A DNA stretch of 63,775 nucleotides from Octopus bimaculoides (Eukaryota), in assembly GCF_001194135.2 (NCBI RefSeq), contig NC_068982.1:1389569-1453343 (forward strand), read 5' to 3'. Under the pieces are notes generated by a model, which saw nothing but the letters and a program-made list of their open reading frames with translations, did not search any database and was not told the origin of the DNA. Positions within the stretch are counted from its first letter, which is position 1, and each line of letters begins with the position of its first letter. This document shows, piece after piece, positions 25,971 to 39,188 of this stretch. The position numbers were made by a program, and so were the translations under genes.

Positions 25971-27689
25971 CTGAAGTCACCTAATTTAACCCAAGTCTGA
26001 ATTCCAGTGGAGCCTCTAAGAAGGCATATCTGTTCAATGTGAAGCATAACGAAAACAATAAGGAATCGTTAATCGACCTGTCTGTTATCTAATTACACAA
26101 GAAAGTCGAAAAGTACGAAACCAATAGTGAGTTCTGCGGTGACGACGCAATGGTATCTTTATAAATTTTTTTTTGCATTACATCCATTGAATTAAGATAA
26201 ATATATGAGTCCGTCTATGAATTCCAGGAATTGTTATTTATTACCAAGATTTCGGGTTCGCTTTTTGGATATCTAATACTTCTAGAACTAGAAAGGTCGC
26301 TTCATTATTTTCAATTGTGGCAACCATTCATCATATGGACTTTAAACAATAAAATCAGTCAAGTATGGCAAATCGCTGTTGGGTAATTCGTGTTGCCCAA
26401 ATGTAAAGAAAATCATGAAAACAGTGAAACGATGTGTATTCAAGGGTCTGGTTTGTTATTTTCATTGACTATTTTACTATTAACCTTACTTTGTTATTTG
26501 AAACCGGTTGTTGTTGCAAGTAGCAGGATCCGTATATTAGACGAAGAAATGATGTGCTGACTGAGAGAACCAAGGATGAAACTGAAGTCGAGATTTAACA
26601 ATTACATAATATTGAAGCTCAATGACCAAAATGCAAATTACGATCAAAATATATTTGTGGCAGGTGTTTTGTTTGATCTGCGGTGATGACTGAGTTGATA
26701 AATGAAAAAAATTTTTGAGCTTCGTGAAAGAGTAACTAAACGCATCCGCGAACAATCAACAGAAGATTCTATTATTGCAAATAGAGTTTAACTGTGTTGG
26801 TCTTTTACAAATAATAACAGCCATGATTACATACTGAAAGAGATATATTGTTTGGATTTTGCAACAATCGGTGGTTGGTCCATCATAACAGGAAAGAATT
26901 GTGCTATATTCGTGACGACAGAGATTCCTGTTGACCATCTACCATATGTGTTAACCTTTTTATAGGATATAAGAAGATTCTAGAAGATTGGTCACACAAT
27001 GGTTGACGCTGATTCGTTGCTTAATAGGGCGATCACGTGAAACTGCTGTGGTTTGATGGTAATGCGTGACCAATTACCTAGGGTTCCGTTTCCAATCACC
27101 GCTACTTGTATAAGCAGTTACAACATATTCCATCGTTTTATGGTATATACTAGCTTTTGACAAAACTAAATCCACAAACACGACAAAGTTGTGAACTTTG
27201 CACATTGAAATCTTTACTTCTGCTGTTCACCAGAAGAAAAGAATTTATACGATGGAATCGTATAAGGGTTATATAGAAGTGGCCAAGACACAAAACAGTG
27301 GGATGTGATTGTTTACATAGAAAGAAGGAAAACATTACAAAATAGTTGAATCCCAGAGAATAAAAATATTAATAGATAGCCTGAAGAATATCCAAATATA
27401 TTTTCTAAGAATAGGATATCTAGAATGTAAAAGACATTTTTATATGTACATGAAATTTTTACTTGATAAAACCACAGACACAACAAAAAATCGATTTGAT
27501 ACTGGTGCACGCACACACCAATGCACACGGACACCTGCAAATACGGACACGGATCTTTCATATAAAATATACTATAGCAGTTAGTATCATATTAGTGTAT
27601 TAGAAATGCACTAAACTCTGCACCTATTTAATATTTTAGAAATTGTGTACAGTTATGTCAGGAGGCTACACAAAAAGTTATTAATTTCA

Positions 27690-27893
27690 AATTTTGGCTC
27701 AAGGCCAGAAATTTCGGTAAAGGGAATGAATGAATTACATCAACCCCAATACTTATCAGCTATATATCTTATAGATCCAGAAAGGATAACAAGCAAAGTC
27801 GACCTCGATGGAATTTGAATTCAGAACGTAATGTCGGACGAAATGCTGTTTAGCATTTGGCTGGAGCGCAAATGATTCTGCGATCTCACCACC
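27690..27893 (-). mobile_element. SINE family B (diverged)
   Basis: Reverse complement of ttctgaattcaaattcc..gaggtcgactttgc. Confidence 0.75.
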
Positions 27894-28498
27894 TTGTACG
27901 CAAAATAATGAGAATTGAAATAACAATTATAAACATTAAATATATATGCATTATTTGTCGAAAAATGAAGGGTAATTAAAAAAGATTTAGGAGAAACCAT
28001 TTCTATTGCTTAACATATTTCTTTCTACAGTATATTCTTCATAAAATTTCAGTATTGGCATCCTCGATTTTGAAAGGGGAGAAGCAAAACAAAACTTCGC
28101 ATAAATCAAGAAATAGAAATACTATCTGAAATTGGGAAATTGGAAAATCAAACCTCTGATCAGTTGACAAATTCTATACTGCATATTTTATAAATTCATA
28201 CAATGAAGTGCATTGCATCTTACTGTATAAAGAATACAGTAGATTTCAAGAAATTTGTAATGCATCCTTATGTGAAGAAATATTCAAACACATGCAGACA
28301 TAATCTTTTTCTCTATCGAGCTGTAAATATTTGTATCAATCGATAAATCAATCTCTCTGCATGTATGCAAACATCTAAGTTATTTATTCTGCGATATGTA
28401 TAAATAGATCAAAATATGTATTTACACATCCAAAGAAAAGGCTGATGAAATCAACGCATATGCGCACACCTACTCAGACGTACAGACGCATGAATGCA

Positions 28499-28557
<59 letters not shown>

Positions 28558-28699
28558 GTTTGTGCGTGTGTTTGTATGTTTACACGTAGAGAGACAGATA
28601 AATAGATAGGCAAAATACAAAATACAAACACGTGGAAGATTAGGGGTCAAATAGGACACAAACAAAATATTATATGAAGTTAAAAAACAACAACACTTG

Positions 28700-28975
28700 A
28701 CTGAAAAAGAATAGACATGTAGAGGAAAACAATCAATCAAAGAAGTGTGCAATGGAAATATAGACACCGTTGAAGGTAATATGGCATTGCCACCGATAAC
28801 AACTCCAACAACAGCAACGGCAACAACTACTTCGGGTTCGGAGCCAACAGAAAAAATACACGAGAGGCGTGAACACAACTAGCACTCAAGTTCGGCGATG
28901 TATTGGATCGGTTGGAACTACCTTTAAGCGGCACCTGTACAACCACAAATCCTCGTTTAGGGTTTCATATCCGAC
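28700..28975 (+). mobile_element. Penelope-like GIY-YIG endonuclease fragment
   Basis: IGSVGTTFKRHLYNHKSSFR at 28902-28961 resembles the YIG..F..R..NH.SSF stretch of PLE endonucleases. Confidence 0.6.
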
Positions 28976-29097
28976 AAAATCAGGACAACATATTATTAAG
29001 GATTTCCTTTACGTAATCAATTTACAGTTGCCTCGGAAATACGTGTAAGAATGTCGTAAATAAGTACTTTAAAACCCTACACTCCAGTTATATTTTA

Positions 29098-29168
<71 letters not shown>

Positions 29169-29657
29169 AGACACACACTCATATNNNNNNNNNNNNNNNN
29201 NNNNNNNNNNNNNNNNNNNNNNNNNNNNNNNNNNNNNNNNNNNNNNNNNNNNNNNNNNNNNNNNNNNNNNNNNNNNNNNNNNNNNNNNNNNNNNNNNNNN
29301 NNNNNNNNNNNNNNNNNNNNNNNNNNNNNNNNNNNNNNNNNNNNNNNNNNNNNNNNNNNNNNNNNNNNNNNNNNNNNNNNNNNNNNNNNNNNNNNNNNNN
29401 NNNNNNNNNNNNNNNNNNNNNNNNNNNNNNNNNNNNNNNNNNNNNNNNNNNNNNNNNNNNNNNNNNNNNNNNNNNNNNNNNNNNNNNNNNNNNNNNNNNN
29501 NNNNNNNNNNNNNNNNNNNNNNNNNNNNNNNNNNNNNNNNNNNNNNNNNNNNNNNNNNNNNNNNNNNNNNNNNNNNNNNNNNNNNNNNNNNNNNNNNNNN
29601 NNNNNNNNNNNNNNNNNNNNNNNNNNNNNNNNNNNNNNNNNNNNNNNNNNNNNNACA

Positions 29658-29709
<52 letters not shown>

Positions 29710-30043
29710 TAGCAGAAGTGAGGAGAAGGTAAGAATAACAATAGGAAATGTGGAAAATTTAAAAAGCGTACTGAAATATCTAACACCATTACCAGGAAAA
29801 TCTCCTGCGTTGCTAAGGTCTGGTAATATAAATTAAGAAGAGAGAAAATAAACGAAGAAATATTGTAGAATTGGATAAAAATGCAGGACTCGAAGCTAGC
29901 ATTGTAGCGTTATTAAATGCGGAATAGAGTCTTGCTGTATTGGAAAAATATATATAAAAAAAACAAACAAACAATATCAAGAGAAAAGATTTGGTAAAGC
30001 TTACATTAGGAAAGTCATCAGAGAATCACAGGCTTCTGACATA

Positions 30044-30320
30044 TTGGCACTCCGCCGAATCCAGGGACGAGGGTTCCAAATGATGCGATCAACTGGATAT
30101 TCTACCCGTCAGAAACTCAAACACGCGTACCCTTAGTTTCGACGGAGATTCAGGCTGACAATAGAATGTGATCAAGCTGCACCATTCATTGATGTCAGCT
30201 GACTGGACTGAAGCAACTTGAAATGAAGTGTCTTGCTCAAGGACACAATGAGCCGCCGGAAATCGAACTCACGACCTTACGATTGTGAGCCAAATACCCT
30301 TAAAACTAAGTGACGCTCCT
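30044..30320 (-). mobile_element. SINE family E (CORE-like head/body + family A tail), diverged
   Basis: tgtgtccttgagcaagacacttcatttc body; tail aagggtacgcgtg..ggaaccctcgtc..ggagtgcca. Confidence 0.7.
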
Positions 30321-30455
30321 TCATGTGCTACTATACCATTAGATGTCCCACGGAGACAATGAGATGAAGGAGAATACGACAAGCTAAATTCAGTGCAAAA
30401 TTGATTGATCACAGCCATATTTAAATAACAACATTAGATCCATGGATCTCTTATT

Positions 30456-30497
<42 letters not shown>

Positions 30498-31652
30498 TGA
30501 CTTTATTAGATGTTTACTGATGGAGGTGAATATTATCGAAATAGACAGCATATAGTACAATTACGTTAGTACAATATTTTGTTCATGAACTTCTTCGTAC
30601 ATATCCTGATTTAATAAAGAAGTAACAGAAACATTATTTTAAGCTAAAGTACTTCCCAATAAGATTGAGAAATTCGATCCTCGAATCATTGAGAAATATA
30701 GAATCTTAATCAAATCAACGTGACCTGGTGATATTCAGTACGATTTCTATTGAAGAATTTATCAGCTTCGAAGAATCACATATTTAAAAACATAAACCCA
30801 GTTGATTTTCGGCTACGAATGAAATTTAGAAAATGTTTCCAGCAGTCTTTTACCCAGAACAGATACGTGTAAAAAGCTAAACAGAAAAATGTATGCAACA
30901 GTAGTTCATTTCACAATATCTCTTAGTTAAATTCCTTGTTATCAAAAACAGATATTTCAGGAAGATATTGACTTTAAAGACTATGTGGGAGGAATTATTG
31001 ATAACCCATCTCACATTAATGAAGTAACGAAACTCAATATCAGACAGGATCCCACGCAGCAGTTAATGCGAAGTATTGATTATAGAGAAACGCGATAAAG
31101 ATACAGAACTTATATATGGATATTATTGAAAATGGTTTAAATAATTATCATCATAATTTAGTTGAATATAAACATTCCAACTGAAGATGGTGTAATTTAT
31201 TTTTCTGCGACTATATAAGAGCCTGGTTCATACACACGACAATGTTTCTCGTCTCTTGTCAAATACCTCTTTATATAACAACCTGTCTCTCTTTTCTTTC
31301 ATCTCTTCTGTAAATATGTCTCTCCCACCGCTAACATGCTCACTAACTGCCCTGAAGCTATAAATCCTTTGAAAGCCCTACTCACAACTGACCCCTTAAT
31401 GTCATCTCAGCTTTGCTGTTTCTTTCATTCCATGCCAGCTTTGGTTGGAATCAAGTTCGACTAGCCAACTATGGTAAAGTGCTGTTCTTATATTGTTTTT
31501 AAATATTATGTATCATATGATGAAAGCGTTTTTTAGATATGATGTAATATACTTATTAATTCATTAAAGAAATCCGCTGGAGACAACTGTAATGAAGTAA
31601 CGCATATCCATCGTTTTGGTATTTAATTATTTGTTCATAATACTCTTCACTG

Positions 31653-32040
31653 AGTTGGAGGCGCAATGGCCTAGTGGTTAGGGCAGCGGACTCGCGGTCA
31701 TAGGATCGCGGTTTCGATTCCCAGACCGGGCGTTGTGAGTGTTTATTGAGCGAAAACACCTAAAGCTCCACGAGGCTCCGGCAGGGGATGGTGGCGAACC
31801 CTGCTGTACTCTTTCACCACAACTTTCTCTCACTCTTACTTCCTGTTTCTGTTGTGCCTGTAATTCAAAGGGTCAGCCTTGTCACACTCTCTGTCACGCT
31901 GAATATCCCCGAGAAAATACGTTAAGGGGTACACGTGTCTGTGGAGTGCTCAGCCACTTGCACGTTAATTTCACGAGCAGGCTGTTCCGTTGATCGGATC
32001 AACTGGAACCCTCGACGTCGTAAGCGACGGAGTGCCAACA
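31653..32040 (+). mobile_element. SINE family A, young full-length copy
   Basis: Intact A/B boxes; 11-bp TSD actcttcactg at 31642-31652 and 32041-32051. Confidence 0.95.
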
Positions 32041-32333
32041 ACTCTTCACTGGAATCCCCACCAGTCGGATATCCTGGAGTAGGCCCAATAACGTACGCCC
32101 ATTGCAACATAGACTTTTGAAGTAACCCCTACGCTATTAAAATACTGATAAGGATTAAACTCTCTGAATCCATAACTGAATGTTTCATTGAATGTACTTC
32201 GGTATCCATGATATTTCTTCGAGCAAAGGGTGGTGTTTCTACCCTTTGAAATCAACTTCAAAAGATAGAAGTTGATTTCGACCCTACCTGGTGCCTATCA
32301 TTTAAATACCAGATTCCTTTGAATCCTGAATAT

Positions 32334-32406
<73 letters not shown>

Positions 32407-32820
32407 GGTGGTTGTCTACTCCTTATGTAGAATTTGGTCATCTCCTGTATCTATACCTTAGAACCATCATGGCATCTGATGTGACTTTTTAAACCAGACA
32501 CTGACATAGATTGCATATCCGATTTGAACCACTAAGAGCTGCAGTTATGTTCGGATCTTTGTATATCTTAAAATATCTTTTGAGGCCTCTGTTAGATTTG
32601 CAGACCTTCTGACATACGTTGCATTGAAAGTTGTGAACAGACGTTTAGGTAGAATAGTTGAAAGGTGTGCACAGACATATAGGCAGAATAGTTGGTAGAA
32701 GTTCGTTTTCCATGGGTTTAGCCCCAGGAGAAATCGTCTCCAGCTGGCTATACGACAGGATCTGTGTCCTTATATTTTCGAACAAGGGAATCTAGCACCC
32801 CCACTCAGCTCAAAATAATA

Positions 32821-32865
32821 TCCGTGTATCGCGATTTCTGGGTTATTTCTCTTCATCAGCACAGA
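32821..32865 (-). ncRNA. Type-I hammerhead motif, core intact, weak stem II
   Basis: UCUGUG-CUGAUGA-AGAG-AAAUAA-CCCA-GAAA-UCGCGA-U-A-CACGGA. Stem I 6 bp; palindromic stem III AUCGCGAU; AUA triplet. Confidence 0.65.
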
Positions 32866-33112
32866 ATAATTGCTCGGCTAGAGGTGGCGCTGCCAAATTC
32901 CCGTTCGAAATATATATTCCCTACCCCAACAGATTTATCCTCGCACAATTAGCAACTTCCGTTGTTATGTACTGGAGTTGTATAGTGGCGATAGGGAAGT
33001 ACTTGTATTGGATGCGCTGATAATTAAACTTTATTGATCATTTATCTACTTTGTGCTAGCCAAACAAGCCTTGTCTATGTTTGCGGTTATTCAACAATAT
33101 ATACTGCGACCA

Positions 33113-33496
33113 GTGGAGGCGCAATGGCCTAGTGGTTAGAGCAGCGGACTCGCGGTCATAGGATCGCGGTTTCGATTCCCAGACCGGGCGTTGTGAGTGT
33201 TTATTGAGCGAAAACACCTAAAGCTCTACAAGGCTCCGGCAGGGGATGGTGGCGAACCCTGCTGTACTCTTTCACCACAACTTTCTCTCACTCTTACTTC
33301 CTGTTTCTGTTGTACCTGTAATTCAAAGGGTCAGCCTTATCACACTGTGTCACGCTGAATATACCCGAGAACTACGTTAAGGGTACACGTGTCTGTGGAG
33401 TGCTCAGCCACTTGCACGTTAACTTCACGAGCAGGCTGTTCCGTTGATCGGATCAACTGGAACACTCGACGTCGTAAGCGACGGAGTGCCAACACA
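33113..33496 (+). mobile_element. SINE family A, young full-length copy
   Basis: 12-bp TSD atactgcgacca at 33101-33112 and 33497-33508; highly similar to 31653-32040. Confidence 0.95.
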
Positions 33497-33508
33497 ATAC
33501 TGCGACCA

Positions 33509-33733
33509 TTTTGGGTCTTTCTAACTTTCGAATGACGCCACGCCGCTGGCTAGGCCAGCAGGCCAACAAGCCAACATGCGCGTTGGCTGGAAGACTATTG
33601 CGCCATCCATTTATAGCTGAGAGGACGGGAACAACGCGAAAGGAAATGCTTTGCTCAAGAACAAACGCACCGCCCGGTGCGTGATTCGAACCCACGATCT
33701 AACGATCGTGAGTGCAAGATGCACGAGGCCGCG

Positions 33734-33738
<5 letters not shown>
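33509..33738 (-). mobile_element. SINE family D
   Basis: B-box gggttcgaatc, ttgttcttgagcaaag body, tail gcctagccagcggcgtggcgtcattcgaa shared with 9005-9265. Confidence 0.75.
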
Positions 33739-33771
<33 letters not shown>

Positions 33772-36640
33772 TTATGGAACAACTAATGTCGAAGCGCACA
33801 AAGCTGTAAATAATAGCAAGTAAATGTTGCGGTGTAAAACCATTTTGGCTAGACAAAAAAAAAAAAAACGACAAAAACTCGAAGGCCGCTCATAGGACAC
33901 GAACCAACATCTCCTGTAGTCAGACGAAAAAAAAAATGAAAACGATATTCTTGCATAATCTTTATTTAAGTTTCGGATATTTTTGACTGGCTAGAAGAAC
34001 TATTTCAGCAATATACACATTAATTTGTTGATATAACATTTATGTAAATCAATACTGTGATTAATTAATTAATTAATTAAGTACGTAAGTAAGTAAGAAA
34101 TCAATTAATTAATGAAACAGTTTTCGTCTCTACCATACTCATCAACCCTTACAGTTAGCGTGGTAGATTTTTAGACTTTCCTACAAGCATCCGCTGTGCT
34201 GGAAGTGGAGTGGCATGGTTCGTGAGTCATGAACATAAGTATTTCCCCATCAAGATAATTTAGTCGATGGAACTCCTTCGAAGTAATCGATTAGTTTAAG
34301 GACATAAAACTACAATGCTTATTAATATAAATATTACTATAAATAGATATCTCTATCTATCACTCTTCCATTCCTCCCACTCTCCTCAACGGTGCTCTTA
34401 TTTTTCCTAAATTCACAACTATCTAAGCACGAAATAGATACAATATTAGTGGTTAGGAAAACGATCATTGGATTTGAGGGTAGATACTAGAATCGGAAAG
34501 ACAGGTTCTAGAATTTTGATATAACTATAGAATCAAGTGACTCAGCAGACGAGACAGATATAGAGGATATTTATATTTTATAGCGTATCGACAAGGAGCT
34601 TCGGTAAATGGAGTGGTAGTCTTTATAGAAACAACGCTCTGTTCACGTTCAATAAATGTAGTAATGTTGTACTAGAGGAAAATAGAAATTGTTTTGAAAA
34701 TAATGATCAAACTTTCTGGACATAACATTGGGCCTCGGTACTAATCATTATGATCCGTACTACAAACTGAATGAAAATCGACAACGTCAACAAAATCTCC
34801 AGCCGTATTAGGGCTCTAATCGAAACCATGGTTTGTAGGGTTTCATCTAGAATATCTAGGTTATCAGCTGAAGAGGAGATTTTTTTTAATGAAAAGAGAA
34901 TATTATATTGCTGCTGTAACTAAGGCAGGATATACTGAGATGATCTTTTATGCTCCTGAGGGAAATGCTGAGAAAATAATTGAGAACAGTAGGCAGCACT
35001 AACAAGAGCTTAGATTCAATAAACATCAAGGTTATATTAGTCCTCACAGTGCGAATCAAAAATTACCTTCCAGATAAAAAGAGCGAATTGTCTAAATAAT
35101 TCTGTTGTTTCCCGCGAAAACCCTGATAAACATCTAAGTCATTGAAGTTGCTTAATTTCTTTCATATCTACTCTATTTATAATATATTATCGCAAATTTC
35201 ATGATTGCATTCAAATTGCTACTTTCTGTCTTCTACGGCGATAATGATATCGCATCCATTGGTCAGTTTCTATTTTAAAAAAATCATATATAATCCTTCA
35301 ATTAATAATCAACATCACAACATCGAACTCATGCTTGGGTAATATCTCAAAACTCTGGTGAAATCTCAATGAGACCATTTGCCGTAGTCATATTTGCGTT
35401 TATATTCTTTCTGAGTTAGCTTATTGCACTCACTGGTAAATACTTGCATCCTTTTACAACAGATTCTTTATTTGTTCTTTGCCTGAATTTATCAATCTTC
35501 GTTCTTATCGTATTCGTTGTTATGATTTATACTTGAGCAGCTGTAAGTAGCGACTTAGTTTCGTGTTACAGGTTTTCAGACGACAGTCACAGCCACTGCT
35601 CTTCATTCTCAACATACTCAGTTTATTGCAGAAGTTGACCATGTAATTCCTTTACATTCCAACTATTTTTTCCCTTATTTTGCTGTCTTTCAAAATCCTC
35701 AATATTTCAGTGGCGTCTTCGATATTTGTGGCCGCACATAGTATCCTTGCTTCACTATATACAACATCAGTTTTCATATCCAATATTGCAGGACTGATGT
35801 CGTCTGCATTTCACAAAATTCCGTCACTATTGTTGCTTCATGACATTTCTTCCGTTTACTTGTTTCGAGTATCTTCTTAATCTTTCTATTGTACTCTTGT
35901 ACTTTTTGGAGACTTTCTTTCGTTTTTATTTCTATTGAAGTGAAAAAGAACCTAGTCTTCCCTCAATACCACTTCGCATTTGTATCCTTTATTACCTCTC
36001 AGATGTCTAATGATATCATCTTGCGGTACATTTATAACATCAAATTTAATATTTGGAGCTCTATTCACAATTAAAACTGTACACGTATTCATTACAAACT
36101 GTGTATCAACACCCTTACTAAATATATTTAGTGTTTAGAGAAAAGAAACGATAAAGTTTGCGATCATCCATATATATATCACACGATTTATTTCCAGCCT
36201 GGGTTTCGCAAGCTCATAGGAAAGTCTGAATGCTTGTGAGAGGTAAGTATGCTCGTCACATGAATTAACGCAAACTATTTGAATTTCTAGGTATTATATA
36301 AATGAAGACTGGTATAATTTACTATTCAAATTAAAATTCAAAAGACCTTCATAGTATGGAGGCACCTAAGTATCTTTTGTGTGAGTACCAGACACCTTTC
36401 CAGCGTGTTCAGCGAAGAAAGATTTGGTTTCCAAATGTTTCATTAGATTTCTTTTTTTAAATATTACTTAAACAACGCAATTTCAAGAGGACAGTTTGTA
36501 GAGTGACCTCCCTTTGAAGACATTTACACTATCCCAACAAATCTGAAAAAAAAAAAAAATCCTGTGTGTCTCACTTCTTTGCTCCCACTCTCTCGGTTTG
36601 TCCTCTCTCTCTCTCTCTGCCTCTCTTCATATATACATAC

Positions 36641-36674
<34 letters not shown>

Positions 36675-37097
36675 NNNNNNNNNNNNNNNNNNNNNNNNNN
36701 NNNNNNNNNNNNNNNNNNNNNNNNNNNNNNNNNNNNNNNNNNNNNNNNNNNNNNNNNNNNNNNNNNNNNNNNNNNNNNNNNNNNNNNNNNNNNNNNNNNN
36801 NNNNNNNNNNNNNNNNNNNNNNNNNNNNNNNNNNNNNNNNNNNNNNNNNNNNNNNNNNNNNNNNNNNNNNNNNNNNNNNNNNNNNNNNNNNNNNNNNNNN
36901 NNNNNNNNNNNNNNNNNNNNNNNNNNNNNNNNNNNNNNNNNNNNNNNNNNNNNNNNNNNNNNNNNNNNNNNNNNNNNNNNNNNNNNNNNNNNNNNNNNNN
37001 NNNNNNNNNNNNNNNNNNNNNNNNNNNNNNNNNNNNNNNNNNNNNNNNNNNNNNNNNNNNNNNNNNNNNNNNNNNNNNNNNNNNNNNNNNNNNNNNN

Positions 37098-37149
<52 letters not shown>

Positions 37150-37478
37150 CGTGCGTGTGTGTGTGTGTGAAACAATAATGTGCCATCATATTGTAAAAGA
37201 ATTGAAAATAACTGAGTCGTAAATTTTTAATGCATAAGACACATTAGAACGAAATCATTTCAGTAACCGATACGAATAGATTCTTCAGCTGTATATTCTT
37301 ATATCACAATGCAACACTACACAACTGTCATTATTTTTATTGTTGAATAGCAAATTCACTAATGATAATGCAAACGCAATTTACCATTAAAGGGAGAATT
37401 GAGTAAATAATGGACGAAAATTATATTTGTGTTTCATACACTTGACTTCTAAATCATGCATGAATTGGCAAACAGTGA

Positions 37479-37531
37479 TAAGGTGTGGTTAGGGTTAGGG
37501 TTAGGGTTAGGGTTAGAGTTAAGGTGTGGTT
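37479..37531 (+). repeat. Short interstitial (TTAGGG)n array with flanking 12-bp direct repeat
   Basis: 4 exact plus 2 variant TTAGGG units (37489-37524); taaggtgtggtt at 37479-37490 and 37520-37531. Confidence 0.85.
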
Positions 37532-39188
37532 CGAAAAATGAAACCCAGAGAAATACGCTGAAGGTAAATGAATGTGAGGAAAACGAAATAATCGCCAAAT
37601 AATGGTGGCAGGAATCAATTTTGTAAAAATATACTAGCTGAAGTTTTTTGGTACTATTCGACGAGTTATATCCGAAGTAAAGTTCTTTTATGCAAAATAA
37701 TTTAAAAGAAAAACGCAATTTATCATAATTAGTTGAAAAGATTTTGCTGATCTAAAGTTTAGATCTCATTATTAGAAAGCTTTAAATGCTTTATTGGCAA
37801 ACTAGCAAAATAAAAATAGAAAAGTGAATCTCATTGACCAAGTCATTTAATTTACCTCTTCGTCATCCATTCTATATTTACTTAATTATTGACATAATTT
37901 GTTACCTATTGAAATAAGTACTTTAGTAATCTCGAGCTGAGAGAAAATAAACACTAGCTCCGCCAGTTCAATAAAGGGAGTTGAAACGATGCCTTATCTA
38001 TTTTAAACAAATCGTAATTTAATTTTTTATATCAGAAATTAAAATCAGTTAATGACTTTCCTTTAATCATTTTCCAGTAAGAAAACAATAACATGCCATC
38101 AAGTCATGTGACACTTGCTTTGAAAGTACGACTCGTTCCATTTCATCCTAATTATAATAGTTTCATTAGAAAAGCCGACAATTTAGATATGTTGTTAAAC
38201 GACACAGCAAAGAAATCATTATTTTGTTACTCAAGGGTAAAAATTATTTTTGAATAGAAATAAAATACAGAAAATTCATTTGAGATTCAGGCGAAAAGTC
38301 TTCTCTCTTAACGTCTATATAACAATTAGATCTGTACTGATATGCTAGTCAAATGAATTTCTTTTTCATTCTTTTTTTTTTGTTAGCTTATACTAAATTT
38401 ATTTGTATTTAATTTCTGTGCGTAAAGACAAACGCACAAGCAATTATACTGAAGCACAATGAACAACGTAGAACCAGTTAGCAGTTTAGTGGGTTAATGG
38501 AGATGAAAGAAAAAGCAAAAGCCGACGTAACTAAATTCAATATCTTCATTTGTTTGACGAAGCAGTTTTTGTACAGTATTTCATGAGTATAAAGAAGAAA
38601 TTCGTTGTTTTGTTTACCTCCTCGATAATTTTTGTATCATAACTTTACATGCCTGCAGTAACGTTGACGCTGAGCATCCAATTTTGCATTTCGATAATAA
38701 AACGGCGTCATCTAGAATCTGCATCAAAGGTATCAGATCTTTTCTCATCGGAAACATAATTATGTAGCAAAAAGAAGAAAAACAAAACAAAACAAAAAAC
38801 AAATAATAAATAGATAAAATAAAAGGTAAAAAAAGAAAAAGAGCAAGTAATCGAAATGCAATGAGACACGTTTGAAATGAAATATTTCTTAATTGCAAAT
38901 AATTTCATTTTAAAGCTGAAACGATGTCAATTTTCATCATATTTAAATATCATTAAACTTAATATTGGTTTACGTCTAAAAGAGAAAAGCAACATGTTGA
39001 TGGCAATATAACGATAATGTCTTGTATATATTGTACTATAATGAATTTCTTTTTCAAAGAGCGTAAGGTGTGATTTAAGAAAGAGTTTAATACTATTCCT
39101 AGCTTTTGTAGTGACCAAGACAAGGTTATGAAATTTCTGTTAGCAAGTAGTCCATTAATGAAGAGGAAGTAGAATTGTAATTGTTTAC

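Noticed and set aside
35434-35482. Possible extra exon QRTNKESVVKGCKYLP
   Set aside because: It ends in phase 0, incompatible with exon 3 unless a further exon exists, and lies in decayed coding-like sequence.
36198-36242. Plus-strand AG..GTAAGT-bounded 45-nt segment
   Set aside because: Stops in all three frames and no partner exons found.
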